Position numbers and translations under genes: made by a program. A stretch of DNA of 24,551 bases. Source: Candidatus Micrarchaeia archaeon. Its GTDB lineage: Archaea > Micrarchaeota > Micrarchaeia > Micrarchaeales > CABMGC01. Of the stretch, positions 16,771 through 24,551 are shown in pieces. The notes under the pieces are model-generated. The model searched no databases. It was not told where the DNA came from and was given only the letters and a program-made list of their open reading frames with translations. Within the stretch, counting starts at the first letter, position 1, and every line of letters begins with the position of its first letter. Where the stretch lies: NCBI GenBank assembly GCA_049976845.1, contig JBMFHL010000010.1, positions 1 through 24,551 on the forward strand, given 5' to 3'.

Positions 16771-17339
16771 TTCACAACCCCTTTATAGTTTTTTATCTTC
16801 TCCTTAATCTCAGCAAAGAGTTTAGGGAGTTCCTCTACATTTATTGAATTTTTCAAATATTCTCCAAATTGCCTTTTATACAATTTCTCATCGCCCTTCA
16901 GCTTTTTGGCATAGCTGCTTATGCTTGAGCCGTCGTAGGTGCTTTCCTTAATGTCAAGTCCGGCTTTCACGCGCATGCCACCGTCTATGCAGCCTTTTGC
17001 AAACACGAATGGAATAGATTCTTTTACAGGCGTATAAAGCCCGGTGTCAAGCACAAGCTCCTCATCAGCCTTGTACTTCTTAGCCAACAATAACCCAGTT
17101 AGGTAAGCAGTGGGCTTGTTTGGCCTGCTTGGCCAATTGAACAAATTAAGCTCCTTTGAGCTCACGCTTACTACTACCAAATCTCCCTTCGCAGCGTATC
17201 TTACAACCTGCCCAATTATATACTTGTTGCTCTTCCTTACAACAAGCCTGTCAAGCCCGCTTTTAACAAGGGCGAGTCTCTTCTTATAATCTGTGAGAGC
17301 AAGCCTCCTTCTTTTAAACCTTAGCCTTTTGCTTTTCAT
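16767..17339 (-). CDS. rpl18: 50S ribosomal protein uL18
   Basis: RRR..TDYKKRLAL, RLVVRKSNK, AYLTGLLLA, LDTG. Confidence 0.96.
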   Translation of the reverse strand: MKSKRLRFKRRRLALTDYKKRLALVKSGLDRLVVRKSNKYIIGQVVRYAAKGDLVVVSVSSKELNLFNWPSRPNKPTAYLTGLLLAKKYKADEELVLDTGLYTPVKESIPFVFAKGCIDGGMRVKAGLDIKESTYDGSSISSYAKKLKGDEKLYKRQFGEYLKNSINVEELPKLFAEIKEKIKNYKGVVK

Positions 17340-17344
17340 AAATA

Positions 17345-17839
17345 TTACCTCTCATATCTTTTCTTCATAACTGCATCTATATTCTTCTTATCTTCATCGC
17401 TTATGCTTATGCCCTCGTCCTTCAAATGCAACAGCAGCGAAGACTTGTCATGGAAAGAATTGCCTTTAACAAGCATGTAAAACCTGTTGAAACTTGCAGA
17501 ATCGAGCTTTCCCATGCGCTTGAGCTCCTTGAGCATAGCCCTCTGACCACGCACCTTCTTCTCCCAGCTTATGCCTCCTCTTGCCTTTCTCGAACCCCTG
17601 CGCCTTCCTATACCTCTTCTCCTTCCCTCACTCCTCTTTTTCTTGAGCACCTTTGAATTCATGCTTATGTTGTGCTTTGCCTTGAGCGCGAATACTGAGC
17701 CCTCTTTTACCAATTTTCTAACATCCTCTCGGGTAAGCGCTTTCTTTACATCTTCTATTGCATTTGGGTTTATCCTTATGCTTGACTCTCCTCTATTCAG
17801 CATCTCAGCAGCTACCCTTTTTGCAAATTTAAGACTCAT
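17345..17839 (-). CDS. rpl19e: 50S ribosomal protein eL19
   Basis: KRVAAEML, TREDVRKLV, GRRRGIGRRRGSRKAR, FYMLVKGNSF. Confidence 0.95.
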   Translation of the reverse strand: MSLKFAKRVAAEMLNRGESSIRINPNAIEDVKKALTREDVRKLVKEGSVFALKAKHNISMNSKVLKKKRSEGRRRGIGRRRGSRKARGGISWEKKVRGQRAMLKELKRMGKLDSASFNRFYMLVKGNSFHDKSSLLLHLKDEGISISDEDKKNIDAVMKKRYER

Positions 17840-17841
17840 AA

Positions 17842-18204
17842 TTACACCCTGTTCGAAACCTTTATGCTATGCATGTCAGCAATCCTCTGCAATGCCCTCT
17901 TCTTTTTTGACGAAAGACCGTGCGCCATTACTATCTCATAACTATCTTTTTTGCTAGCAATGCTAAGCAACTCCCTCTCGTTATGTACAAGCATCTTTAT
18001 AAGCCCGCTGCCTTCCCTGAATCTAACACTTGCAGGATTCTTGTACCCTATGTTCGGCATTTTTCCATAGCCGCTCTTCTTCAGCTTCTTCTTGTTGTCT
18101 ATTCCGCGCTGGCTCCTCCATCTGTCTTTGACCCTTTTCCTGTTCTTTGCACCCAGATTTGGCACTGCAAATCTTGGATGATTTTTTTTGTTTTTAAGCG
18201 TCAT
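17842..18204 (-). CDS. rpl32e: 50S ribosomal protein eL32
   Basis: PRF, WRSQRGIDNK, PNIGYKNP, LVHNEREL; start placed at ATG 18204 after GGTGA. Confidence 0.93.
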   Translation of the reverse strand: MTLKNKKNHPRFAVPNLGAKNRKRVKDRWRSQRGIDNKKKLKKSGYGKMPNIGYKNPASVRFREGSGLIKMLVHNERELLSIASKKDSYEIVMAHGLSSKKKRALQRIADMHSIKVSNRV

Positions 18205-18205
18205 A

Positions 18206-18727
18206 TCATTCACCGTGTGCCTCATATATGCCGTCTTGGAACACCCTGGTATCCTTCTGCTTTGCCTTGCAGGCCTTCCTTATGTTTGTAATTGTCTGAC
18301 CTACATCGTAAACATCAACACCTTTTACTATTATCTCCTGCCCCTTTATCTCAAGTTTTGTATCTCCCACAATCTTGGCTTCCCTAGGTATTCTCTCGCC
18401 GAATAAGTTCTTTATTAGAAGTGTGTCCCCTTTTACTTCAAGGGCAATTGGAAAATGGACATACGCAACTTGCAATTTTTTCTCTATGCCCTTCTCTACT
18501 CCCTCTATGCTGCTGTTTATGCGTGAAGCTATGGCAGTTTCTACCAATTCTGCTTTTTTGCTTATGCTTTTAGATTTGCTACCGTCAAGCTCTATGCTCT
18601 TAGCGCCTACGCCTACGTTCAAATACTTCTCATTTACTTTTATCCTTGCAGAGCCAAGCCTACCTTTTATTACTATAATGTCTCCTTCCTTCTTGGCTTC
18701 TACTTTATCAGGCAATTCTATTTTCAT
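18206..18727 (-). CDS. rpl6: 50S ribosomal protein uL6
   Basis: YVHFPI, IKNLFGERIPR, VGQT..NI, KDTRVFQDGIY. Confidence 0.96.
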   Translation of the reverse strand: MKIELPDKVEAKKEGDIIVIKGRLGSARIKVNEKYLNVGVGAKSIELDGSKSKSISKKAELVETAIASRINSSIEGVEKGIEKKLQVAYVHFPIALEVKGDTLLIKNLFGERIPREAKIVGDTKLEIKGQEIIVKGVDVYDVGQTITNIRKACKAKQKDTRVFQDGIYEAHGE

Positions 18728-18736
18728 AAATATCAG

Positions 18737-19117
18737 CTAGTAAACGTAAACGAGCAGCCTTCCTCCGAGGTGCTTCTCCTTGGCTTCTTTGTTAGTCATT
18801 ATGCCTTGTGGCGTCGACACTATCAATATGCCAAAGTCTTTGCTTGGAATATACCTTGTCTCATATCTGCTGTAGTCATTTACCCCAACAGGGAAGCGCG
18901 GCTTTACAACGCCTATCTTGTTTATGCTCTTTGAGAGCTTTACCCTTATCTTTGGTATTTTGTTATCCTTGAACTCTTCATAGTCTGAAATATAATTATT
19001 CTTTTTCATTACCTCAAGTACCGCTTTCACGAGCTTCGTTGAGCTGATTACGCACTCCTCCCTGCCTATGGATTCGTGCACTTTTATTATATTTATCGCA
19101 TCATCTAATATGTTCAT
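18737..19117 (-). CDS. rps8: 30S ribosomal protein uS8
   Basis: INKIGVVKPRFPV, YIPSKDFGILIVSTPQGIMT, GGRLLVYVY. Confidence 0.97.
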   Translation of the reverse strand: MNILDDAINIIKVHESIGREECVISSTKLVKAVLEVMKKNNYISDYEEFKDNKIPKIRVKLSKSINKIGVVKPRFPVGVNDYSRYETRYIPSKDFGILIVSTPQGIMTNKEAKEKHLGGRLLVYVY

Positions 19118-19121
19118 AACA

Positions 19122-19280
19122 TCACGAATACTTCTCGAACCCTAGCTCCTTCGCGTGCTCCCTAAAGCACCTCCTGCATACATATATTCCGTACATCCTG
19201 ATAAGGCCCCTGCTGGTGCCGCAAATCTTGCACTTCCTTGCACCCTTGCCTTTCTGCTTAAGTTCATATCTTACTTTTAT
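19122..19280 (-). CDS. rps14: 30S ribosomal protein uS14 (Zn-binding), apparent ATA start; not in ORF track
   Basis: Manual translation (I/M)[51 protein letters not shown]; canonical position between uL5 and uS8. Confidence 0.95.
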   Translation of the reverse strand: MKVRYELKQKGKGARKCKICGTSRGLIRMYGIYVCRRCFREHAKELGFEKYS

Positions 19281-19289
19281 TTAAACACC

Positions 19290-19805
19290 TCATTCGCTTA
19301 TTATATTTGCATTGAAATTCTTCTTCAAATAATCAATAATCTCTTCCTTGCCTACTGTCCTGTGCACCTTTCCAGCAAGCGCCCTTCTTCTCCTCCTCCT
19401 TTCAACCCTCCTGCCCTTCCTGGCAAAGCTCGCATTTATATTCATTCCAAGCATGCCTATCTTCGGGTCATATTTTAAGCCAGCAAAGTCTATATACTCT
19501 TTTATGCCGAAGCTGAGCGAGTTGCTCGTTATGGAGGAATTTTTTATATTGTTGCCATTTGCATCCATTGCCCTCTTCAAAAGCTCAGCCGCTTCTTGGC
19601 CTCTTATCGTAACCATCGCCCCGATGACTTGGCCTTTCCTGAGCTTAAGCGAGGGATCCCTCTTTCTTGCCCTGGTTGCAGCGGCATTGTGGTTGGTGAG
19701 CTTCTTGAGCAGCGCCTTTGCATTGTCAAACAACTGCTCGCTCTGGCCCAAGCCAATGTTCACCGAAACCTTCTCAAGAACAATACTCTCGTTGCTGTTT
19801 GCCAA
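19290..19805 (-). CDS. rpl5: 50S ribosomal protein uL5
   Basis: LEKVSVNIG, IGAMVTIRG, FGIKEYIDF..KYDPKIGMLGM; TTG 19805 after AGGTG likely (GTG 19814 alternative). Confidence 0.96.
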   Translation of the reverse strand: MANSNESIVLEKVSVNIGLGQSEQLFDNAKALLKKLTNHNAAATRARKRDPSLKLRKGQVIGAMVTIRGQEAAELLKRAMDANGNNIKNSSITSNSLSFGIKEYIDFAGLKYDPKIGMLGMNINASFARKGRRVERRRRRRALAGKVHRTVGKEEIIDYLKKNFNANIISE

Positions 19806-19806
19806 A

Positions 19807-20490
19807 TCAAGCACCTACTACCATAATATTGCTTACAACAGTCTCAAACTTCCTCTTTCCAGCCTCTATTTCAAGCGTCGAATCCTTGAGCATTGCGCCC
19901 TTCTTTATGCTTTTTATAGTCCCGCTCTCTGGCGCATGAATGCCACGGTATACAATGCATTTTGCTCCTTCCTTGAAGCCCAGAACTGCTTCTATCTTTC
20001 CTCCTTTTATTACAACAGAATCATTTACCTTTGCATCCTTCTCAGCCTTTACAGTTGTGCCGTCATGCAACCTTAGCATTAAAACTCCTTTCTTTGCAGT
20101 GTATTTGCCAACAACCTTAAATACGCTTGACGAAGCTTCTTTCTCGTCAATCTTTTTAAAGCTGAACGTTCCATATCTGCCAGCTCCTATCCTATAGTAG
20201 GAATTGTCAGGCTTTACATAAACAACATCGCCGAACCCTACGGGATACCTGTAATCCTTTACAGGTTTGCCATTTATATAAATGGCGCCGCTGCTTATTA
20301 TCCTCCTTGCTTCTCTTGAAGTGCCTTCTATAAGCTTCTCCTTTACAAATGTTATAAGTGACATGCCCTCCTCAAGCGTGTGCCTGCCTGGGTTTGGCTT
20401 TGTGACATATTTGCTGCTCTTTCTGTTTATCCTGAGATAGCTGCTTGCAGCAATCCTTTTGATATGGCTCGAGCCACCTTTTCTACTCAT
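19807..20490 (-). CDS. rps4e: 30S ribosomal protein eS4
   Basis: HIKRIAA, PNPGRH, REARRII, PVGFGDV, LRLHDG. Confidence 0.96.
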   Translation of the reverse strand: MSRKGGSSHIKRIAASSYLRINRKSSKYVTKPNPGRHTLEEGMSLITFVKEKLIEGTSREARRIISSGAIYINGKPVKDYRYPVGFGDVVYVKPDNSYYRIGAGRYGTFSFKKIDEKEASSSVFKVVGKYTAKKGVLMLRLHDGTTVKAEKDAKVNDSVVIKGGKIEAVLGFKEGAKCIVYRGIHAPESGTIKSIKKGAMLKDSTLEIEAGKRKFETVVSNIMVVGA

Positions 20491-20864
20491 TGTTTCACCT
20501 TCTTGTAACCCTCTATGCTTTCTTTCCTATATTTATCGCTTAGGTCTAAGTCTGTAATATAAAGATTCGATGCCCTTATTGGCACCATAATCTCCTTTCC
20601 TTTGGCAGTTTTTCTGACTATGCCATCAACGTAAACAAATCCTCTCCTTATGCTTACCTCGCTCACCTTTCCGCTCTTACCTTTCTGACCACCACTAACC
20701 ACTTTAACGCTGTCTCCCTTCCTTATCTCAATGCTTCTCTTTGCTATGCCAAGCTTTTCCTTAAGCTCCTTCGAAATGTGGGCGTTTACAAACCTCTGCC
20801 TCATGTGCATCGGCGCTGCGTATCTAAATTTCCTCTGCTTTTTAGGTTTGCTGCTTGCTATCAT
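20487..20864 (-). CDS. rpl24: 50S ribosomal protein uL24
   Basis: SSKPKKQRK..YAAPMH, IRKGDSVKVVSG, PIRASNL. Confidence 0.96.
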   Translation of the reverse strand: MIASSKPKKQRKFRYAAPMHMRQRFVNAHISKELKEKLGIAKRSIEIRKGDSVKVVSGGQKGKSGKVSEVSIRRGFVYVDGIVRKTAKGKEIMVPIRASNLYITDLDLSDKYRKESIEGYKKVKQ

Positions 20865-21262
20865 TATACTACCCTAGATGCTATGCCCGCAACTTTTGCG
20901 AACCTCTCTACAACCTCCCTAGCTATTGCGCCTTTTATCTCAGTGCCAACAGGAAGGTTTCCTTCTCCTATCATTACTCCTGCATTGTCCTCGAATTTGA
21001 CCCTCATGCCATTTGCCCTTCTTATTGGTGCTTTCTGCCTTATTATCACAACTTTCACAGGCTTTTTCAAATACGTTGGCGAACCTTTCTTTACACTTGC
21101 AGAGACTATGTCGCCTATGCCCGCAGCCGAGAGCCTGCCTTTTCTGCCTCCTTTGCCTATTATATGTATTATCGAGAATTCGAATGCTCCGCTATTATCT
21201 GCGCACGATAGCTTTGACCCAGGAATCAGGGTCTTCGAAATATTAGTTGAAACTCCTTTCAT
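20864..21262 (-). CDS. rpl14: 50S ribosomal protein uL14
   Basis: CADNSGA, AAGIGD, VIIRQK, FEDNAGV, GTEIKGAIARE. Confidence 0.97.
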   Translation of the reverse strand: MKGVSTNISKTLIPGSKLSCADNSGAFEFSIIHIIGKGGRKGRLSAAGIGDIVSASVKKGSPTYLKKPVKVVIIRQKAPIRRANGMRVKFEDNAGVMIGEGNLPVGTEIKGAIAREVVERFAKVAGIASRVV

Positions 21263-21271
21263 ATATTACAC

Positions 21272-21565
21272 CTATTTTGCCTTCTTGACTATTGCAGTGA
21301 CAACAAAAGACTTAGTCTTGCTCATCCTCCTAGTTTCGCCTATCCTTACTATATCACCGACTTTTGCATTTATGCAATCAGGATTATGAGCAGGTATCCT
21401 TGATCTTTTCCTAAGCGATCTCTCATATTTGTACATATATCGTGTATATTCCCTTTCCACTATGACTGTTTTCTTTGCCTTGTCGCTTACAACAGTGCCC
21501 ATAAGTTCAACTCCTCTTACCTTTATGCTGCCGTGTATTGGGCATCTTGGGTCGTTGCATTCCAA
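21272..21565 (-). CDS. rps17: 30S ribosomal protein uS17
   Basis: CNDPRCPIHG..VRG, KYER, AHNP.C, GETRRMSKTKSF; TTG start with AGGTGA SD. Confidence 0.96.
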   Translation of the reverse strand: MECNDPRCPIHGSIKVRGVELMGTVVSDKAKKTVIVEREYTRYMYKYERSLRKRSRIPAHNPDCINAKVGDIVRIGETRRMSKTKSFVVTAIVKKAK

Positions 21566-21575
21566 ATCTATTCAC

Positions 21576-21869
21576 CTATACCTCTCTTTTCTTATAATAC
21601 TTCATGGCTTTCTCTATTCTTTCATGAGGCCTGAAAGAAATCTCAATCCCTTTTACTGTAAATGATTTATTTCCAGCATAAAATTTAAATACTGCTGTCT
21701 TTTTTATTATCCTTTTTATACCAGTTTTTGTATTTATTATTAGGGTGTTTTTTGTCTCGTCTGAGACAATTCCCTCTAATCCCTCTTGTTTTTTGTCTGA
21801 GCATTTAACTAATTTTACTTTAAGTCCTATTAGCTCGCTTAGCACAATATTCCTATTGTTGTATTGCAT
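21576..21869 (-). CDS. rnp1: Ribonuclease P protein component 1 (Rpp29/Pop4)
   Basis: ELIGLKV, GLEGIVSDETKNTL, RPHERI; canonical position upstream of uS17. Confidence 0.93.
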   Translation of the reverse strand: MQYNNRNIVLSELIGLKVKLVKCSDKKQEGLEGIVSDETKNTLIINTKTGIKRIIKKTAVFKFYAGNKSFTVKGIEISFRPHERIEKAMKYYKKREV

Positions 21870-21907
21870 GCATAGGATGCTCAGCTGAGATTTTTATATC
21901 TAATTAA

Positions 21908-21922
21908 ATATTTAAACCCTTG
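21908..21922 (-). promoter_or_regulatory. BRE-TATA promoter of the rnp1-rps5 operon
   Basis: AAGGG-TTTAAATAT on the minus strand about 40 bp upstream of the rnp1 ATG. Confidence 0.6.
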
Positions 21923-21975
21923 TTTTATACAGCGCAAATCCTGCAAAGAAAAATATCATGTGTTTCAGCAAAAGG

Positions 21976-23223
21976 TCATTTGATTACTACCTTGTCTGAT
22001 ATATCTACTATCCTATCTATGCTGTATGCAATCTGGCTCCCGAAGCTCGTGTTTATCACTATCCTCCTCCTTTTTGCGTCAATTCCATAAACCTTCCCTA
22101 TCAAAGCGCCAAGCTCGTTGACAACAATCTTATCCTTCACCCTCTTCTTCCTCAACGCTTTGCCTCTCAGGTAGTTGGTTGATATTGATATGAATGCGCC
22201 TATAACTATTGCAGCAAGCGTGTAGAGCAGCAACTGGCCGAAGTAGATTTGGCCTATTATCCATGCCACAAACGAGTAGATTAAAACCCAGAAAATTATC
22301 GATGAGCCGATATACATGCCGTACTTGAAGCTCCTGAATATGTACCTGCTACCTTTTGTGTCTATTACCCTGCCTATCAAATAGAATATAAGCGTGATTG
22401 GCAGCAGCAGAAGGAAGCCCTCTATAACATATGCCCATATAATTATCGCATTATTTGTTATGCCTATCTCGCTCGTATAATTGCCATAAGCTATAAAGAC
22501 GCTTGCTAGGGCAAAGACTATTGAACTCAGGTAAAAAACGAAGCTTATCCTGTCTATGCTGAAGCCAAGCCCTCTGAAAGAGCTAAGGAAAGCTTCCTCC
22601 AAGCCAAAGCCTTTTACCACAAGATATATGCCTATAAGTGCTACAGGCAGCTCCCAACCAGTGCCTATTGCATAGCTTATTGCAAAGAGCAGCAGCAGTA
22701 TTGCAGGTATACCAAACACGATTCTAGCATAGTGCGGCTCCTTGAGCTTTTCGAGCACTACAAAGTAAGTGTTCTCCAGCTTCTCTGCCTGCTTCATTGT
22801 AACTAGTTTTACGCTGTTTATCTTTATCCTTGACTGTATTATTGGGAGCACCCTGTTGTCGCTTGCGCCATCGGTCACAAATACGCATGCATCTGCCTTG
22901 TATTCAGCAAGCACCAGATCTAGCTGCCTTGCAATCTCCCTATCCGCGGCATAGCCCTCTGACTCTGAACCAGTTATAGTAGCAACATTGACAAGGTAGC
23001 CGTCTTTTTTCAATTCATCATAAAGCTTTACTGCTTGGAACATCGTATTGGCATCAGTTTCTTCAGGATCAGCGAGCGCCAGCTGCGTTGCCGCATTTAA
23101 ATTCTGCACCCTGCCCAAGACAGGCCCTGATATATTAGTTTTCCTGTGAAGGTCGTCGTCTATATCTACTGCTAGCACCAGCAGCCTCTCATTCTTGTCT
23201 TTTGCACTTACCTTGTCCTGCAT
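21976..23223 (-). CDS. DUF373 family membrane protein with C-terminal PRC-barrel-like domain
   Basis: LVLAVDIDDDL, LALADPEETDAN, VTDGASD, KQAEKLENTY, multiple TMs; C-terminal VVNELGALIGKVYGI. Confidence 0.85.
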   Translation of the reverse strand: MQDKVSAKDKNERLLVLAVDIDDDLHRKTNISGPVLGRVQNLNAATQLALADPEETDANTMFQAVKLYDELKKDGYLVNVATITGSESEGYAADREIARQLDLVLAEYKADACVFVTDGASDNRVLPIIQSRIKINSVKLVTMKQAEKLENTYFVVLEKLKEPHYARIVFGIPAILLLLFAISYAIGTGWELPVALIGIYLVVKGFGLEEAFLSSFRGLGFSIDRISFVFYLSSIVFALASVFIAYGNYTSEIGITNNAIIIWAYVIEGFLLLLPITLIFYLIGRVIDTKGSRYIFRSFKYGMYIGSSIIFWVLIYSFVAWIIGQIYFGQLLLYTLAAIVIGAFISISTNYLRGKALRKKRVKDKIVVNELGALIGKVYGIDAKRRRIVINTSFGSQIAYSIDRIVDISDKVVIK

Positions 23224-23288
23224 TCAATCATATCTATTATCAAAGCAATATTTAAATATTCTATATAACAAGTGTAATTGGTGTTGAA

Positions 23289-23933
23289 ATGGGATTTGGG
23301 AGTGATCTAGGATTTGCCCTAAGAGTAATTATCGCACCTGGGAAAAATGCTAAAAAAGCGCTCACTGTAGGCTCCGCCTTGAAAATATACTATGAAGCGA
23401 GCATTGTCCCTCTGCTGTTTGCAATCTTTATAGGCGTGCTTCTTCTAGATGCAGGAATCCAAAACATAACAGTGCCGCTGATCGGAAGTTTTGCAGTTTT
23501 TGGAATGCAAGCCGCATTGGCATTGGCAATAATAATTTCGATGTGGGTACTTGTGCCAATAGGCCTATTTATCAATGCGTTTTTCTACCAAATAATAGGA
23601 AAGCGCGTATTCAATGCTTGGAACGGCGCATATGAAAAGACATTCGCTGCAAGCATGTTCGGCGTGCTGCCGCAAACTATGCTTTACTGGCTGCTTGCAA
23701 TACCAATACTAAACATAATCGCGCTGGCAATAATCTTCGTATGGAATTTCATAGTGCTCATAATAGGTTTGGCAGTACAGCAAAAGACAAGCAGGGTCAA
23801 TGCATTCGTAGCAATATTAGCAACAGTGATATCCGTAATGGCAATAGCGATGATACTAATTTTTGCAGCTACAACATTATACATGCTTCCAGCAACAGTA
23901 CCAGCAGGATCAGGCACGTTGCATCCAATATAA
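23289..23933 (+). CDS. Yip1-domain membrane protein
   Basis: About five TM segments, IIAP near N-terminus, G.YEKTF, W....LIIGL; paralog of 13557..14537. Confidence 0.78.
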   Translation: MGFGSDLGFALRVIIAPGKNAKKALTVGSALKIYYEASIVPLLFAIFIGVLLLDAGIQNITVPLIGSFAVFGMQAALALAIIISMWVLVPIGLFINAFFYQIIGKRVFNAWNGAYEKTFAASMFGVLPQTMLYWLLAIPILNIIALAIIFVWNFIVLIIGLAVQQKTSRVNAFVAILATVISVMAIAMILIFAATTLYMLPATVPAGSGTLHPI

Positions 23934-24003
23934 AAAGAAACAAGTCAAGCAAAAGCCAAGCAATCCTCTGGGCGCTTCGCAACATGAGCAGTAACATCAG
24001 CGG

Positions 24004-24420
24004 TCATTTTATTATCTCCTGCACAAATGCCGGATACACTGCGGTTACGCCTTTTATCTCTTCTATCCTTTTTACAAAACTGTTTGCCTTTACAGATTCT
24101 AAAGAGGCTACAAAAATTGCTGAGTGGTCGCCTGTTGTAGCATAGATCTCGCTCACTTCATTAATCCTTTTTATCTTCTCAATAACGCTCCTGAAATGCT
24201 CAGGCGCAATGCTGAGCCCTATTATAAGCATTGTTTCATCGATTAGCTGATGCCTAACTCTTGCCTTGTAGCCAACTATTACTCTATCGCTCTCTAGTTT
24301 CTTTATCCTCTTCCTAACAGCGCCTTCAGTTAAACCCAGCATCTTCGCAATCTCGCTGTTTGTTAAACTAGAGTTTCTTTCTAGAATGCCAACAAGCTTC
24401 CTGCTTATTTCTTCTAACAT
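24004..24420 (-). CDS. Lrp/AsnC family regulator (LrpA/Ptr2-like)
   Basis: EIAKMLGLTEGAVRKRIKKLE HTH; TGDH; GVTAVYPAF. Confidence 0.92.
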   Translation of the reverse strand: MLEEISRKLVGILERNSSLTNSEIAKMLGLTEGAVRKRIKKLESDRVIVGYKARVRHQLIDETMLIIGLSIAPEHFRSVIEKIKRINEVSEIYATTGDHSAIFVASLESVKANSFVKRIEEIKGVTAVYPAFVQEIIK

Positions 24421-24498
24421 TAAATCATCAATATATTAAGATATGCAGAGAAGGTATTTATACTTTTCGTACCATATATTAATAAAAAAGGTGATAAA

Positions 24499-24551
24499 TT
24501 GATTGAAATAGGAAAAGAAGTTCCGGATTTTGTAGCGAAGACTTATTTCCC
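24499..24551 (+). CDS. Probable peroxiredoxin (AhpC/TSA) N-terminus, truncated by window
   Basis: AGGTGA SD then TTG; MIEIGKEVPDFVAKTYF matches the IG..PDF start of peroxiredoxins; only 17 codons visible. Confidence 0.6.
   Translation, partial: MIEIGKEVPDFVAKTYF

Noticed and set aside
19142..19267. ATG-initiated 41-aa ORF overlapping rps14
   Set aside because: Out of frame with the conserved uS14 Zn-finger sequence; no family features
19348..20076. 242-aa plus-strand ORF, and similar ORFs at 20778..21389, 16295..16807 and 9494..10060
   Set aside because: Antisense to well-supported genes, with no recognisable motifs
1..24551. tRNA, SRP RNA, RNase P RNA, transposase, integrase or defence genes
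   Set aside because: No matching motifs seen in the intergenic regions or ORFs by eye

Overview
Gene-dense archaeal core-genome window, most likely DPANN/Micrarchaeota-like (inferred from the AQSAMEYLMTYGWAIL-type pilin family, compact organisation, GGTGA SD motifs and BRE-TATA promoters). It holds the 3' part of gatE, a fragmented ribosomal supercluster (rnp1-uS17-uL14-uL24-eS4-uL5-uS14-uS8-uL6-eL32-eL19-uL18-uS5; a separate uL30-uL15; spt5-uL11 separated and inverted relative to uL1-uL10-P1) and a stand-alone 5S rRNA. Housekeeping and accessory genes include an AIM24 protein, ferredoxin, beta-CASP RNase, GT4, PadR, Trm5, an EndoIII-like glycosylase, a prenyl diphosphate synthase, Hsp20, DUF373, Lrp and the start of a peroxiredoxin. 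No mobile element, CRISPR array or tRNA was found. Most interesting: (1) a Yip1 membrane protein fused to a pilin-type head domain, near two class III signal peptide pilins and a head-less Yip1 paralog; (2) a circularly permuted uL1-binding leader covering the rpl1 SD, with an alternative fold; (3) an ~85-nt attenuator-like RNA after P1; (4) apparent ATA (uS14) and CTG start codons; (5) a uL10/P0 lacking its factor-binding tail; (6) a DUF373-PRC-barrel fusion.
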